64,000 nt of DNA from Candidatus Saccharimonadota bacterium (GTDB taxonomy: Bacteria > Patescibacteriota > Saccharimonadia > CAILAD01 > BJGX01). The stretch covers positions 67,268 through 131,267 of the forward strand of contig JACPPH010000002.1 of the NCBI GenBank assembly GCA_016191105.1, in the 5' to 3' direction. The position numbers and the translations under genes are program-made. Numbering within the stretch: position 1 is the stretch's first letter; every line of letters starts with the position of its first letter. A model generated the notes under the pieces. That model ran no database searches and was not told where the DNA came from. It was given only the letters and a program-made list of their open reading frames with translations. Shown piece by piece: positions 35,832 to 44,808 of this stretch.

Positions 35832-37187
35832 ATGGCCACAGAGAAAAACAAAATCACTATGGAGGAGCTGGTAAGTTACTGCAAGCGCCGTGGCTTTGTG
35901 TTTCAGGCTAGTGAGATCTATGGTGGCGTGGCTGGTATGTACGACTTTGGCCCATACGGGGTTGAGCTCAAAAACAATCTCAAGCGAGCTTGGTGGACTG
36001 AAATGGTCTACAAAAACCCAAACATCTATGGTTTAGACAGTGCGATTATTCAACACCCCAAAGTCTGGGAGGCTTCTGGGCACACGGAGCGCTTTAATGA
36101 TCCTATGGTTGATTGTCGCAACTGTAAGCACCGTTACCGAGCCGACAAGCTGGCCGAGGTCGATGATGTTACCAACGAAGAGCTTGTTGAGCTGTTAGCA
36201 AACATCAAATGCCCTAATTGCGGTAAGATCGACTGGACAGAACCTAAAGCCTTCAACTTGTTGGTTGAAGCACACATGGGTTCAATTGAGGGGGAAAAGA
36301 ACATTGTGTATCTGCGGGGTGAAACCTGCCAGGGGATTTACACCGACTACAATAGCGTGCGCGAAACTATGCGGGCCAAGATTCCGTTCGGCATTGCGCA
36401 AATCGGCAAGGCCTTTCGTAACGAGATTACCCCAGGAGATTTCCTGTTCCGGCAACGTGAGTTTGAGCAGGCCGAGTTGCAAGTATTTGTGCATCCCGAT
36501 ATGGCCAATGAAGTGTTTGCGCACTGGAAAGAAGCACGCATGGCTTGGCACCAGAAGTTCTTAACCAAAGACAACTTACGTTTTCGAGAGCATGGCGAAA
36601 AAGAACGAGCTCACTATGCCAAGGCAGCCTGGGACATTGAATACAAATTCCCATTTGGCTTTAAAGAAATGGAAGGTATTCATAACCGGGGTGATTGGGA
36701 CCTTAGTCGACATAGCAAATATAGTGGCAGTGATCTACAATACTTCGACGAAGAATCGGGCAAAAAATACATACCCTGGATTGTGGAAACCTCGGTTGGA
36801 GTGGACCGAATGTTCCTAGCCACACTAATAGATGCTTATACCGAAGAAGAAGTAAAAGGTGAAGCACGCGTGGTATTAAAACTACCAAAAGAGCTAGCGC
36901 CGGTCAAAGTTGCCGTACTACCGCTGAGTAAGAAGCCCGAACTTAACAAGGTTGCTACAGAAGTATTTAGCTCAATCGCTGGTGAATATAATGTAGAATA
37001 CGACGAAACTCAAAGCATTGGTAAGCGCTACCGCCGCCAAGATGAGATCGGCACACCATACTGCGTAACCGTCGACTTCGAAAGCCTAGACGATCAGGCT
37101 GTAACCGTTCGCGAACGCGATAGCATGAAACAAGAGCGCGTGAAGATTGAAGAACTCAAGGGCTATCTCGAGGACAAACTCAAGTGA
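35832..37187 (+). CDS. glyQS: Glycine--tRNA ligase, homodimeric type
   Basis: LRGETCQG, GKAFRNEI, REFEQ, IGKRYRRQDEIGTP. Confidence 0.97.
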   Translation: MATEKNKITMEELVSYCKRRGFVFQASEIYGGVAGMYDFGPYGVELKNNLKRAWWTEMVYKNPNIYGLDSAIIQHPKVWEASGHTERFNDPMVDCRNCKHRYRADKLAEVDDVTNEELVELLANIKCPNCGKIDWTEPKAFNLLVEAHMGSIEGEKNIVYLRGETCQGIYTDYNSVRETMRAKIPFGIAQIGKAFRNEITPGDFLFRQREFEQAELQVFVHPDMANEVFAHWKEARMAWHQKFLTKDNLRFREHGEKERAHYAKAAWDIEYKFPFGFKEMEGIHNRGDWDLSRHSKYSGSDLQYFDEESGKKYIPWIVETSVGVDRMFLATLIDAYTEEEVKGEARVVLKLPKELAPVKVAVLPLSKKPELNKVATEVFSSIAGEYNVEYDETQSIGKRYRRQDEIGTPYCVTVDFESLDDQAVTVRERDSMKQERVKIEELKGYLEDKLK

Positions 37188-37561
37188 AAAAACAAGTTAA
37201 AACCGACAAGGCGCCAAAAGCTGATCATATTTTGTCCCAGGCCCTCATAAGCGGCAGTACTATTTATGTAGCTGGCCAGGTACATGTTAAGCCTGATAAT
37301 TCCTTGGTTGAAGGCTCAACGGCCGATAAGATGAAGCAGATTATGAATAACATCGAAGAAATTCTAAAGGCTGCGGGTTCAAGTTTGAACGATGTAGCGA
37401 AAGTTGTTATTTATGTTACCGATATGGCGACCATGCCAGAACTAAACGAAGTTTATCCAAGCTACTTTAGTGAGCCATACCCGGTCCGCGAAGCCGTGTG
37501 TGTGAGTTCATTGCCACTCGGTGCTAGCATTGAAATTAGTGTAATTGCGGAGGCTAAATGA
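37184..37561 (+). CDS. RidA family imine deaminase
   Basis: IYVAGQ, NEVYPSYF..PYPVR, LPLGASIEI. Confidence 0.9.
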   Translation: MKKQVKTDKAPKADHILSQALISGSTIYVAGQVHVKPDNSLVEGSTADKMKQIMNNIEEILKAAGSSLNDVAKVVIYVTDMATMPELNEVYPSYFSEPYPVREAVCVSSLPLGASIEISVIAEAK

Positions 37562-38280
37562 AAAGAGCATTTGTAACAGGCGCGTCAAAAGGAATTGGGC
37601 TGGCCATTATAGATAAACTAGCATTAGGGGGGGGCTGCGAGGTTGTTGGCACTTATAATTCGACCAAGCCAAAAGAGCAGGATAATATAAAGTACGTCAA
37701 AGTTGATCTTTCCAATCGAACAGAGTTACTTGAAGCCCTAGAGAGCCTAAAACCAGAAAAATTTGATTATATTGTAAATTGTGCCGGACTGTTCGGGTAA
37801 GAAAGCGTGGAACTATTTGATCTTAATAAATGGGATCGATCACTAGAGGTTATGCTAACGGCTCCATATATTGTGGTTGAAGCTCTTAACCACAATATGC
37901 CATGGGGCAGTGCGGTAGTTAACATTGTTAGTAATGACGCAGCGACAGGTGCTTTTGTTGGCTTTGCTTACTCTGCCGCAAAGTCAGGGCTAATCAGCCT
38001 GACCAAAAGTCTAGGTAATGTACTGGGCTATAAAGGAATACGCGTAAATGCTATCGCGCCAGGCTGGATTGATACTGACATGGGGCCTGAGAACGATGTT
38101 ATTAAGAAAGCTGCTGAAGAAGTCACTCCTCTTGGTAGGATTGGCAGACCCGAAGAGATTGCAGAGACTGCGACATTTCTTTTGTCTGACAAGGCCTCTT
38201 TTATAAATGGAGCAGTTATTTTTGAGGATGGCGGGCAGAGCAACGTTGACTACACTCTTTATAAAGAATGGAAAAGCTAG
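37558..38280 (+). pseudogene. SDR oxidoreductase split by in-frame TAA (37798-37800)
   Basis: TGASKGIG and NCAG precede the stop; the same frame continues ESVELF..YSAAK..RVNAIAPG..PLGRIG. Confidence 0.85.
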
Positions 38281-39020
38281 TACAGTCTACTGTAATATCT
38301 CAGCTGTTCGTAGTAGCGGTCACCAATCTTAGTTTCATCAACATATTCTTGCACGTGTTCAGATTCGATAACGCTAGGGCAGCAGTTGAGAGCCTCGGCC
38401 TTTTTATCGACATAATCTGTAACATCAAAGTAAACCCGACAAGGGTGCTCGTATGAGTCGGCGTAGAGCACCTCTGTAACGGTGTGAGGCTCAAGCTTTT
38501 GGAGTTGGTCTGGAAAGAAGGCTCGGTCGCGAGAGTAGGGGTAGATGGCATCGGTTGTAACTAGGGCAGTGTCTCGGTGATCGCGATGGTTAACCCAGCG
38601 CACGCCGTCTTTGCTCGAGAAAGTGTTAATAACCTCGTCTGGATTGTGGGTGATTACAATATCTGGTTTAAATTCGCGTATATGCCAAGCAATTTTCTCG
38701 ATGTTATTTAGGCTATTCTCGAATTCGCCATCGGGTACATCCAAATTAAAGTTTTCGCCCACAGGAATTCCTAGCACGGCGGCAGCTTTTTGCTGTTCTT
38801 GCTTGCGGCCTTCGCCAAAAGCTGTGGGATCGGTTTTAGAGGCGCCAACGCCTTTCTCGCCATTGGTTGTAACCACTAAGCGGACTTTTTTACCGTCAGT
38901 GGTTAATCTAGCTACCAAACCACCACAAATAACCTCGTTATCATCGGGGTGGGCGGCTACAACCAAAATTCGCTTTTTATGTTTGAACACATCATTGTAG
39001 GAATCTTTAATCTCGCTCAT
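38277..39020 (-). CDS. PIG-L/LmbE family deacetylase
   Basis: AHPDD, TNGEKG, NHRDH. Confidence 0.9.
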   Translation of the reverse strand: MSEIKDSYNDVFKHKKRILVVAAHPDDNEVICGGLVARLTTDGKKVRLVVTTNGEKGVGASKTDPTAFGEGRKQEQQKAAAVLGIPVGENFNLDVPDGEFENSLNNIEKIAWHIREFKPDIVITHNPDEVINTFSSKDGVRWVNHRDHRDTALVTTDAIYPYSRDRAFFPDQLQKLEPHTVTEVLYADSYEHPCRVYFDVTDYVDKKAEALNCCPSVIESEHVQEYVDETKIGDRYYEQLRYYSRLY

Positions 39021-39022
39021 AG

Positions 39023-39514
39023 CTATACCTTAAATACTATCCCGGCGATGATGCCCACTGCGGCCGAAAGTCCACCAATAACTATAACCTCTAGGCTAGC
39101 GCGCAGGGCACTCTTGTGGGTAATCACGCCTTTGTAAACGCCAAGCAAGGCAAGGGCAACAAGCGCCAGGCCAACACTGGCATAAATAGCGTGCGGATGC
39201 GGCAAAAAAAGATAGGGCAGCAGTGGCAAAAAACCAGCCACAACATATGCTATAGCGATTACTAGGGCGCTTAGGTAGGGGTTGGCCGGATGTTTGGAGT
39301 GTTCAATATCGTCGTCAATTTGGGCGCTAATAAACTCGCTGGCACTTCCCGAAATACTCTGGACAGCTATTACTACGACGGCGCTCAAAAGCAAGGCTGC
39401 CTTATCTGACGTACCAACAGCCATGCCAGCCAGCACCCCGGTTGTGCTTACCAAGCTATCTTCGAATCCGAAGAAGCTGCTACGTACGTATTCGCCCGAT
39501 ACGATCGTCTTCAT
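39023..39514 (-). CDS. VIT1/CCC1 family Fe/Mn transporter
   Basis: FGFEDSLVST, SEFIS, LPLLPY. Confidence 0.88.
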   Translation of the reverse strand: MKTIVSGEYVRSSFFGFEDSLVSTTGVLAGMAVGTSDKAALLLSAVVVIAVQSISGSASEFISAQIDDDIEHSKHPANPYLSALVIAIAYVVAGFLPLLPYLFLPHPHAIYASVGLALVALALLGVYKGVITHKSALRASLEVIVIGGLSAAVGIIAGIVFKV

Positions 39515-39545
39515 ACATTCTAAGTATACGTGAACACTAGTTTGT

Positions 39546-39630
39546 CGTCATCCTCGAATCGATACGAAGTATTCGATGTCGGAGATCCAGAACGATATTA
39601 GCTAGATCTTCGCCTACAGGGGAATGATGG
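39546..39630. repeat. Degenerate REP-like element (GTCATCC...GGAATGAT)
   Basis: GTCATCCTCG..GGAGATCCAG..CTAGATCTTCG..GGGGAATGAT. Confidence 0.55.
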
Positions 39631-39742
39631 GGTGTTGAATAAATAAAATGCATTCGTGTTTTGTCCGGTAAATAGATATTATGCTTATATTAAAGCAAAA
39701 GTAAGCATAAGAAAATACTAAAAAAGTAGTGAAAAAGGGTTT

Positions 39743-39795
39743 ACAGTGGGTAAGTGCGGGTAGTATACTGGATGTAGTGGGTAACAGTGGGTAAG
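39743..39795 (+). promoter_or_regulatory. MraZ-binding direct repeats overlapping dcw promoter
   Basis: G(T/C)GGGTA at 39746, 39756, 39777 and 39787 (two pairs with 10-bp spacing) around TATACT at 39764. Confidence 0.8.
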
Positions 39796-39811
39796 GAAAA
39801 CACAGCAACAG

Positions 39812-40180
39812 ATGGACTACTTCGAACGCAAACTTGACGACAAAAATAGGTTGACCATCCCCAAAGAAATTCGCCTAGAGCTAGGCGAGAAAATTGTAGT
39901 TACCCGGGGATTTGGAAAATACCTGCACCTTTACTCTGAACGGGTCTGGAACACCGAAATGGAAAATGCCTTAAAAGGCGACATATTAGATGAGCGCACA
40001 GCTGATCTGAACGTTCGCTTCCGAATGGGCAAGTCCGAACCGGTAATGGATCAAAAGCAAGGGAGAATCACCCTAGAAGCTCATCAACTGGCCTACGCAG
40101 GCATCGCTCGCGATGTTGTAGCCGTGCGAGTTGGCAACTACTGGCGCTTAACAGCCGCCGAAACCGCCGCTCAAGTCTAG
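39812..40180 (+). CDS. mraZ: Transcriptional regulator MraZ
   Basis: KLDDKNRLTIP, DQKQGRI; first gene of the dcw cluster. Confidence 0.9.
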   Translation: MDYFERKLDDKNRLTIPKEIRLELGEKIVVTRGFGKYLHLYSERVWNTEMENALKGDILDERTADLNVRFRMGKSEPVMDQKQGRITLEAHQLAYAGIARDVVAVRVGNYWRLTAAETAAQV

Positions 40181-40254
40181 TTGATGAGGTTTTAGGCAAA
40201 AGCTTAAAACAGTACTTTCAAAACCAAAACAAAAATTCAAAACCAAAAATCAAA

Positions 40255-40480
40255 GTTAGCTATTTGGCAGTCAGTGAGCGTTCCACGGAGGGTGACGCTT
40301 GATATAAAATACTCCTAGAACCTATGACCAAACACAAAACTCCACCTCACAAACTCTATAAGGACTTATTTACAAGTCCTTGCCACAAAATGCTAGTGCC
40401 AATCGGACTTTTTGGCTCTAGCGCTTTAAATTACCAAAAAACAAACACAAAAACCAACAACTGGCTGCTAAATAGGTAAC
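40255..40480 (+). ncRNA. Candidate structured cis-RNA between mraZ and rsmH
   Basis: 21-nt arms 40255-40275 and 40460-40480 enclose three hairpins and A/C-rich linkers. Confidence 0.45.
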
Positions 40481-40486
40481 CTTGAC

Positions 40487-41386
40487 ATGAAAAAGATGCA
40501 ACACATACCGGTGTTATTAGGTGAAGTCTTAGAAGTTTTGAAGCCAAAAGCAGGTAACAGATTTGCAGATTTTACGGCTGGATATGGTGGGCACAGCACC
40601 AAGCTACTAAAAGCCGTTGGCAAACATGGCTTTGGCTATCTGTTCGATCAAGACCCGGCCGCAATCCAGCACTTGGCGCAGCAGCTTAAAGACCATCAGA
40701 ATGTGGTGATCAAGCAAGCCAACTTTGGCGATCTAGATTGGGTGAACGATCTGCCAACCGTCGATATAATGCTAGTTGATCTGGGCGTAAGTTCGCCTCA
40801 GCTCGATACGCCGCGGCGCGGCTTTAGCTTTCGGCAAGACGGCCCGCTCGATATGAGAATGGACACTCAACAAAGCTTAACCGCAGCCGAGATTGTAAAC
40901 ACTTATCGCGAAAGGGAACTAGCTGATCTGATTTATTGCTATGGCGAGGAGCGCCGATCACGACAAATTGCCAAGGCAGTTGTCGAGGCACGGACCGAAG
41001 CACCAATTGAGACTACTCTACAGCTAGCCGACATTGTTCATGCGGTAATGCCGAAGGGCAAGATCGATTCAGCCACCCGAACCTTTCAGGCCTTGCGAAT
41101 AGCCGTAAACGACGAAATCGGCGCTTTAGAAAGTTTTTTGCAGAACTTCCCGGCCAAATTAGCACCCGGTGGTAGAATTGCGATCGTAAGTTTTCATAGC
41201 CTAGAAGATAGGCTAGTAAAACAAACTTTTAAAATTCTAAGCACACCAACCCAGGATCAATTCGGACAAGTTGCATCAAAACCCCAGTTTAAGCTGGTTA
41301 CCAAGAAGCCAATAGTGGTCAATGAATATGATTTGAACCCACGAGCTCGCTCTGGCAAGTTGCGAGCCGTCGAAAAGATTAATTAA
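40487..41386 (+). CDS. rsmH: 16S rRNA C1402 methyltransferase
   Basis: HIPVLL, GYGGHS, DLGVSSPQLD, PLDMRM, FQALRIAVN, FHSLEDR. Confidence 0.98.
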   Translation: MKKMQHIPVLLGEVLEVLKPKAGNRFADFTAGYGGHSTKLLKAVGKHGFGYLFDQDPAAIQHLAQQLKDHQNVVIKQANFGDLDWVNDLPTVDIMLVDLGVSSPQLDTPRRGFSFRQDGPLDMRMDTQQSLTAAEIVNTYRERELADLIYCYGEERRSRQIAKAVVEARTEAPIETTLQLADIVHAVMPKGKIDSATRTFQALRIAVNDEIGALESFLQNFPAKLAPGGRIAIVSFHSLEDRLVKQTFKILSTPTQDQFGQVASKPQFKLVTKKPIVVNEYDLNPRARSGKLRAVEKIN

Positions 41387-41407
41387 ACAAAAACAAAAGG
41401 AGGGCAT

Positions 41408-41470
41408 ATGACCTTAGTCATCAAAAACCGCACCCCACACGCACGCAAAGTCAAAGTGCGCGTAAAGTAA
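41408..41470 (+). CDS. Putative 20-aa basic peptide MTLVIKNRTPHARKVKVRVK
   Basis: Strong SD AAGGAGGG directly before the ATG, inside the dcw operon. Confidence 0.45.
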   Translation: MTLVIKNRTPHARKVKVRVK

Positions 41471-41643
41471 CTCTTAGTTAAGAATTAAACGCTAGACGAT
41501 AGGGAAGAGAAGAGTATGACAGGACTTAAAACTTGAGATTGTCATTAAAGAAAGACCGAAAGATTAGACGCAACAGACCTGAATCACAACAGCCAAAAAT
41601 AAAAACAAACACAAAATTTTAAAAAACAAAAAAGGAGAACCAA

Positions 41644-41979
41644 GTGAGCACAGCAACAGCAACGCTTAGGCGCAATCAAAATCTAACCCGCACCAGTACC
41701 CAATTACAGTCTGGACCAGTAACTACCACGCTTCTTCTAATTGGACTTATCATTGTTTTGGCGCTACTATATCTAAATCAGGTAACCAAGACGTCGACTT
41801 TTAATTATCGGATTTCGAACTTAACTCAGAAGCAGCAACAATTGCAGGGTGAAAAAGAAAACTTACAAATCCAAGCCGCGAGATTGCAGTCAATTTCCGA
41901 AGCTAAGGCTTCGGCCGTGGCCAGCAAGCTCACACCAACCGATACCAAGGCTGTTAGCTTCGCCGACACTAGTCGTTAG
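41644..41979 (+). CDS. ftsL: FtsL-like cell division protein
   Basis: Single TM plus coiled coil, between rsmH and ftsI. Confidence 0.7.
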   Translation: MSTATATLRRNQNLTRTSTQLQSGPVTTTLLLIGLIIVLALLYLNQVTKTSTFNYRISNLTQKQQQLQGEKENLQIQAARLQSISEAKASAVASKLTPTDTKAVSFADTSR

Positions 41980-41993
41980 GGAGCGAGGGGGCG

Positions 41994-43739
41994 TTGAGCG
42001 TTAGCGTCTCCGTCCAAACAAACCGCCGCATAATAGTGCTGGCGGCTTTGTTTGTATTATTGGGTCTGCTAATTATTGGTAAGCTAATTTACATACAGGC
42101 TTTTCTAAATCGCAAATATTTAACCCAAGCCAATCAGCAACAATCGCGCAAGTTCGAAATCCCAACCAACCGGGGAGAAATATTTGTACGAGATAGCAAT
42201 GGCTTATACCCAGTGGCGCTCAATCAACGTTTACAAGTTGTAGCGGTTGACCCCAAATTTGTTAAAGACGCTGGTGAAGTGGCCAGTAAATTAGCCCCCA
42301 TACTGGGCCTAAATAGCAACGACATATACGCTAAAATTCGCAATGCAGATAGTCGTTATGTTGAAGTTAAGCAGAGGGTTTCAGATTCTGATGCCAGTAA
42401 AATTCGAGACCTGAATATAGCCGGCGTAATATTGGCTACCAAGGCTTACCGCTATTACCCTGAAGCCAACCTGTTTTCGCATGTACTTGGTTATGTTAAT
42501 GCCGATGGCGAGGGTCAATATGGGTTGGAGCAATATATCAACGAGGACTTAAGTGGTCAAGTTGGGCAGCTTAAGGCCGTAACTGACAGCTTGGGGGTAC
42601 CAATTTCCAGCACTGAAAACACTGCTGTCCAGCCGATTGATGGTACCAGCTATGTACTAACCCTTGACCGCAATATTCAAAATGTGGCTCGCGATGCTTT
42701 AGTCAAAGCGGTCACCGATAACAGGGCTGAATCGGGTAGCATTATAGTTATGGATCCTAAGACTGGCGCTATTAAAGCCATGGTAAGCTACCCCGACTAC
42801 GACCCCAATAACTTTAGCACTGTCGGTGACTATAAGACCTTTGTAAACACGGCCATAACCAGTCTCTACGAACCTGGTTCGGGGTTTAAGATATTCACCA
42901 TGTCGGCCGGGATCAATACCGGCAAGGTTAAGCCAGACACGACATACAATGACACGGGCGAAGTTAAGCTCGGCGACAAGGTGATACGCAATGCCGAAAA
43001 TGGTAAGTTTGGTGTTCAGACTATGGCCGATGTAATCCAGCGCTCACTTAATACTGGTGTGGTGTTTGTATTGCGCCAGCTCGGCGGCGATCCCGATAAG
43101 ATAACCTTAAAGGCTAAACAAACATTAGCCGAATACTTTAAAAAGTTCGGCTTTGGTGAACGCACTGGCATAGAGCTTGCCGACGAGGCTAACTCACCAA
43201 TTAAGCGACCCGAAAAAAGCGCCGATATTGATTATGCTAACATGGCCTTCGGGCAGGGTATTTCGGTCACCAGCATTCAGATGATTACAGCGGCAGCCGC
43301 GATTGCAAATGGTGGCAAGCTCTACCAGCCGCAGATAATTGCCGAATCAATCGCGCCCAACGGCACTATCAAGAAGACTCAACCTAAGCTGATCGACAGT
43401 AACGTCGTTAGTCCTCAAACAGCAGCCCAGGTAGCCCAAATGATGACCCGAGTGGTGCAAAACGGTTCAGGCTGGATGGCTCGCACGACCGGCTACAGTA
43501 TAGCCGGTAAAACAGGGACGGCTCAGGTGCCAAAAGCCGATGGCAGTGGCTACGAAGAAAGCAAAAACATCGGCAGCTTTGTAGGTTTTGCGCCGGTTGA
43601 TGATCCTAAGTTCGTAATGTTGGTTAGAATCGATTACCCGAAAGTTTCGGGATTTGCCGAAACCACAGCTGTGCCGGCCTTTGCGGCTATCGAGCGCACC
43701 CTGTTTGATTATTACAACATCCCGCCAAGGGCGAATTAA
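41994..43739 (+). CDS. ftsI: Class B penicillin-binding protein
   Basis: RGEI, EPGSGFK (SxxK), SLN (SxN), KTGT. Confidence 0.93.
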   Translation: MSVSVSVQTNRRIIVLAALFVLLGLLIIGKLIYIQAFLNRKYLTQANQQQSRKFEIPTNRGEIFVRDSNGLYPVALNQRLQVVAVDPKFVKDAGEVASKLAPILGLNSNDIYAKIRNADSRYVEVKQRVSDSDASKIRDLNIAGVILATKAYRYYPEANLFSHVLGYVNADGEGQYGLEQYINEDLSGQVGQLKAVTDSLGVPISSTENTAVQPIDGTSYVLTLDRNIQNVARDALVKAVTDNRAESGSIIVMDPKTGAIKAMVSYPDYDPNNFSTVGDYKTFVNTAITSLYEPGSGFKIFTMSAGINTGKVKPDTTYNDTGEVKLGDKVIRNAENGKFGVQTMADVIQRSLNTGVVFVLRQLGGDPDKITLKAKQTLAEYFKKFGFGERTGIELADEANSPIKRPEKSADIDYANMAFGQGISVTSIQMITAAAAIANGGKLYQPQIIAESIAPNGTIKKTQPKLIDSNVVSPQTAAQVAQMMTRVVQNGSGWMARTTGYSIAGKTGTAQVPKADGSGYEESKNIGSFVGFAPVDDPKFVMLVRIDYPKVSGFAETTAVPAFAAIERTLFDYYNIPPRAN

Positions 43740-43769
43740 AGTAAGTTTTTTGTTAAAATAAGGAAAGAT

Positions 43770-44798
43770 ATGTTTGATAAAGCCCTAGCTATAAGCAGCC
43801 TAACATTTGTACTCACCCAAGCCTTCGTGGCTTTTGTAGTTGCTATGGCATTTACACCGCTTTACACTCACTTTGCTTATAAGTACAAACTCTGGAAGCA
43901 GATCCGCGAAACGGCCGTAACTGGTGAGAAAGCTCCGGTTTTTCACGCCCTGCATGCTGCCAAGCACAAAAAGCCATTTCCAACCATGGCTGGCATCATA
44001 ATGGTTTTAGCTATCACCTTGGTGACAGTAACCCTCAACTGGAGCCGGTCTCAAACCTACTTGCTGGTGTTTGGGTTGGTAGCAGCCGGCAGCGTGGGTT
44101 TGCTCGACGACATTATCAACATTCGCGGCCGTGGTGGTGGGGTGGCCGGCTTGCGTTCGGTAATTAAGTTTTTGTTGATCTTGGGGGTAGCCGCTGTAGG
44201 TGCGTTATATTTCTTCTTTAAGCTCGGCTTTAGCCATATTCATGTACCCGCTGTTGGCAATTTCGACATCGGCTGGCTATATATTCCGCTATTTATTGTG
44301 GTGATAGTAGCAACCTCAAACGCCGTTAATATTACCGATGGGCTCGATGGCCTTTCGGGAGGCCTTCTGTCGCTGGCATTCTTGGCTTATGGCGGGATTG
44401 CCTTCGTTCAGGGCAATATAGGCATAGCTGGTTTTTGCTTGGCAACTGTTGGTGCTGTGTTGGCATACACCTGGTTTAATATCTTTCCGGCCCGCTTTAT
44501 GATGGGCGATGTTGGCTCCTTTGCACTTGGCACAGCGCTTGGCATTGTGGCTATGCTGACCAACTCAGTCTTTGTATTGCCTATAATAGGTGGTGTATTC
44601 GTGCTCGAGGCTGGCTCGAGTTTATTACAAATTTCTTCCAAGAAGTTATTTAGGCGTAAAATCTTTCGCTCTGCGCCGATTCATCATCATCTGGAAGCTC
44701 TAGGCTGGCCAGAAACAAAAGTCACTATGCGGCTTTGGATTGTTGGTGCAGTTTTGGCGTCGCTTGGGCTAGTAATAGGCTTAATTGCGCGTGGCTAA
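43770..44798 (+). CDS. mraY: Phospho-MurNAc-pentapeptide transferase
   Basis: PTMAG, GLLDD, NITDGLDGL, MGDVGS, APIHHHLE. Confidence 0.97.
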   Translation: MFDKALAISSLTFVLTQAFVAFVVAMAFTPLYTHFAYKYKLWKQIRETAVTGEKAPVFHALHAAKHKKPFPTMAGIIMVLAITLVTVTLNWSRSQTYLLVFGLVAAGSVGLLDDIINIRGRGGGVAGLRSVIKFLLILGVAAVGALYFFFKLGFSHIHVPAVGNFDIGWLYIPLFIVVIVATSNAVNITDGLDGLSGGLLSLAFLAYGGIAFVQGNIGIAGFCLATVGAVLAYTWFNIFPARFMMGDVGSFALGTALGIVAMLTNSVFVLPIIGGVFVLEAGSSLLQISSKKLFRRKIFRSAPIHHHLEALGWPETKVTMRLWIVGAVLASLGLVIGLIARG

Positions 44799-44808
44799 AT
44801 TTGACACT

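Noticed and set aside
37627-37634. G8 tract as a phase-variation switch in the SDR
   Set aside because: The frame is intact across it; the lesion is a point nonsense codon elsewhere.
658-37800. Stop-codon reassignment explaining the in-frame TAG and TAA
   Set aside because: TAG, TAA and TGA all end clearly complete genes here (e.g. ybaB TAG, dnaB TAA, pth-overlapping der TGA), and the long genes contain no internal stops.
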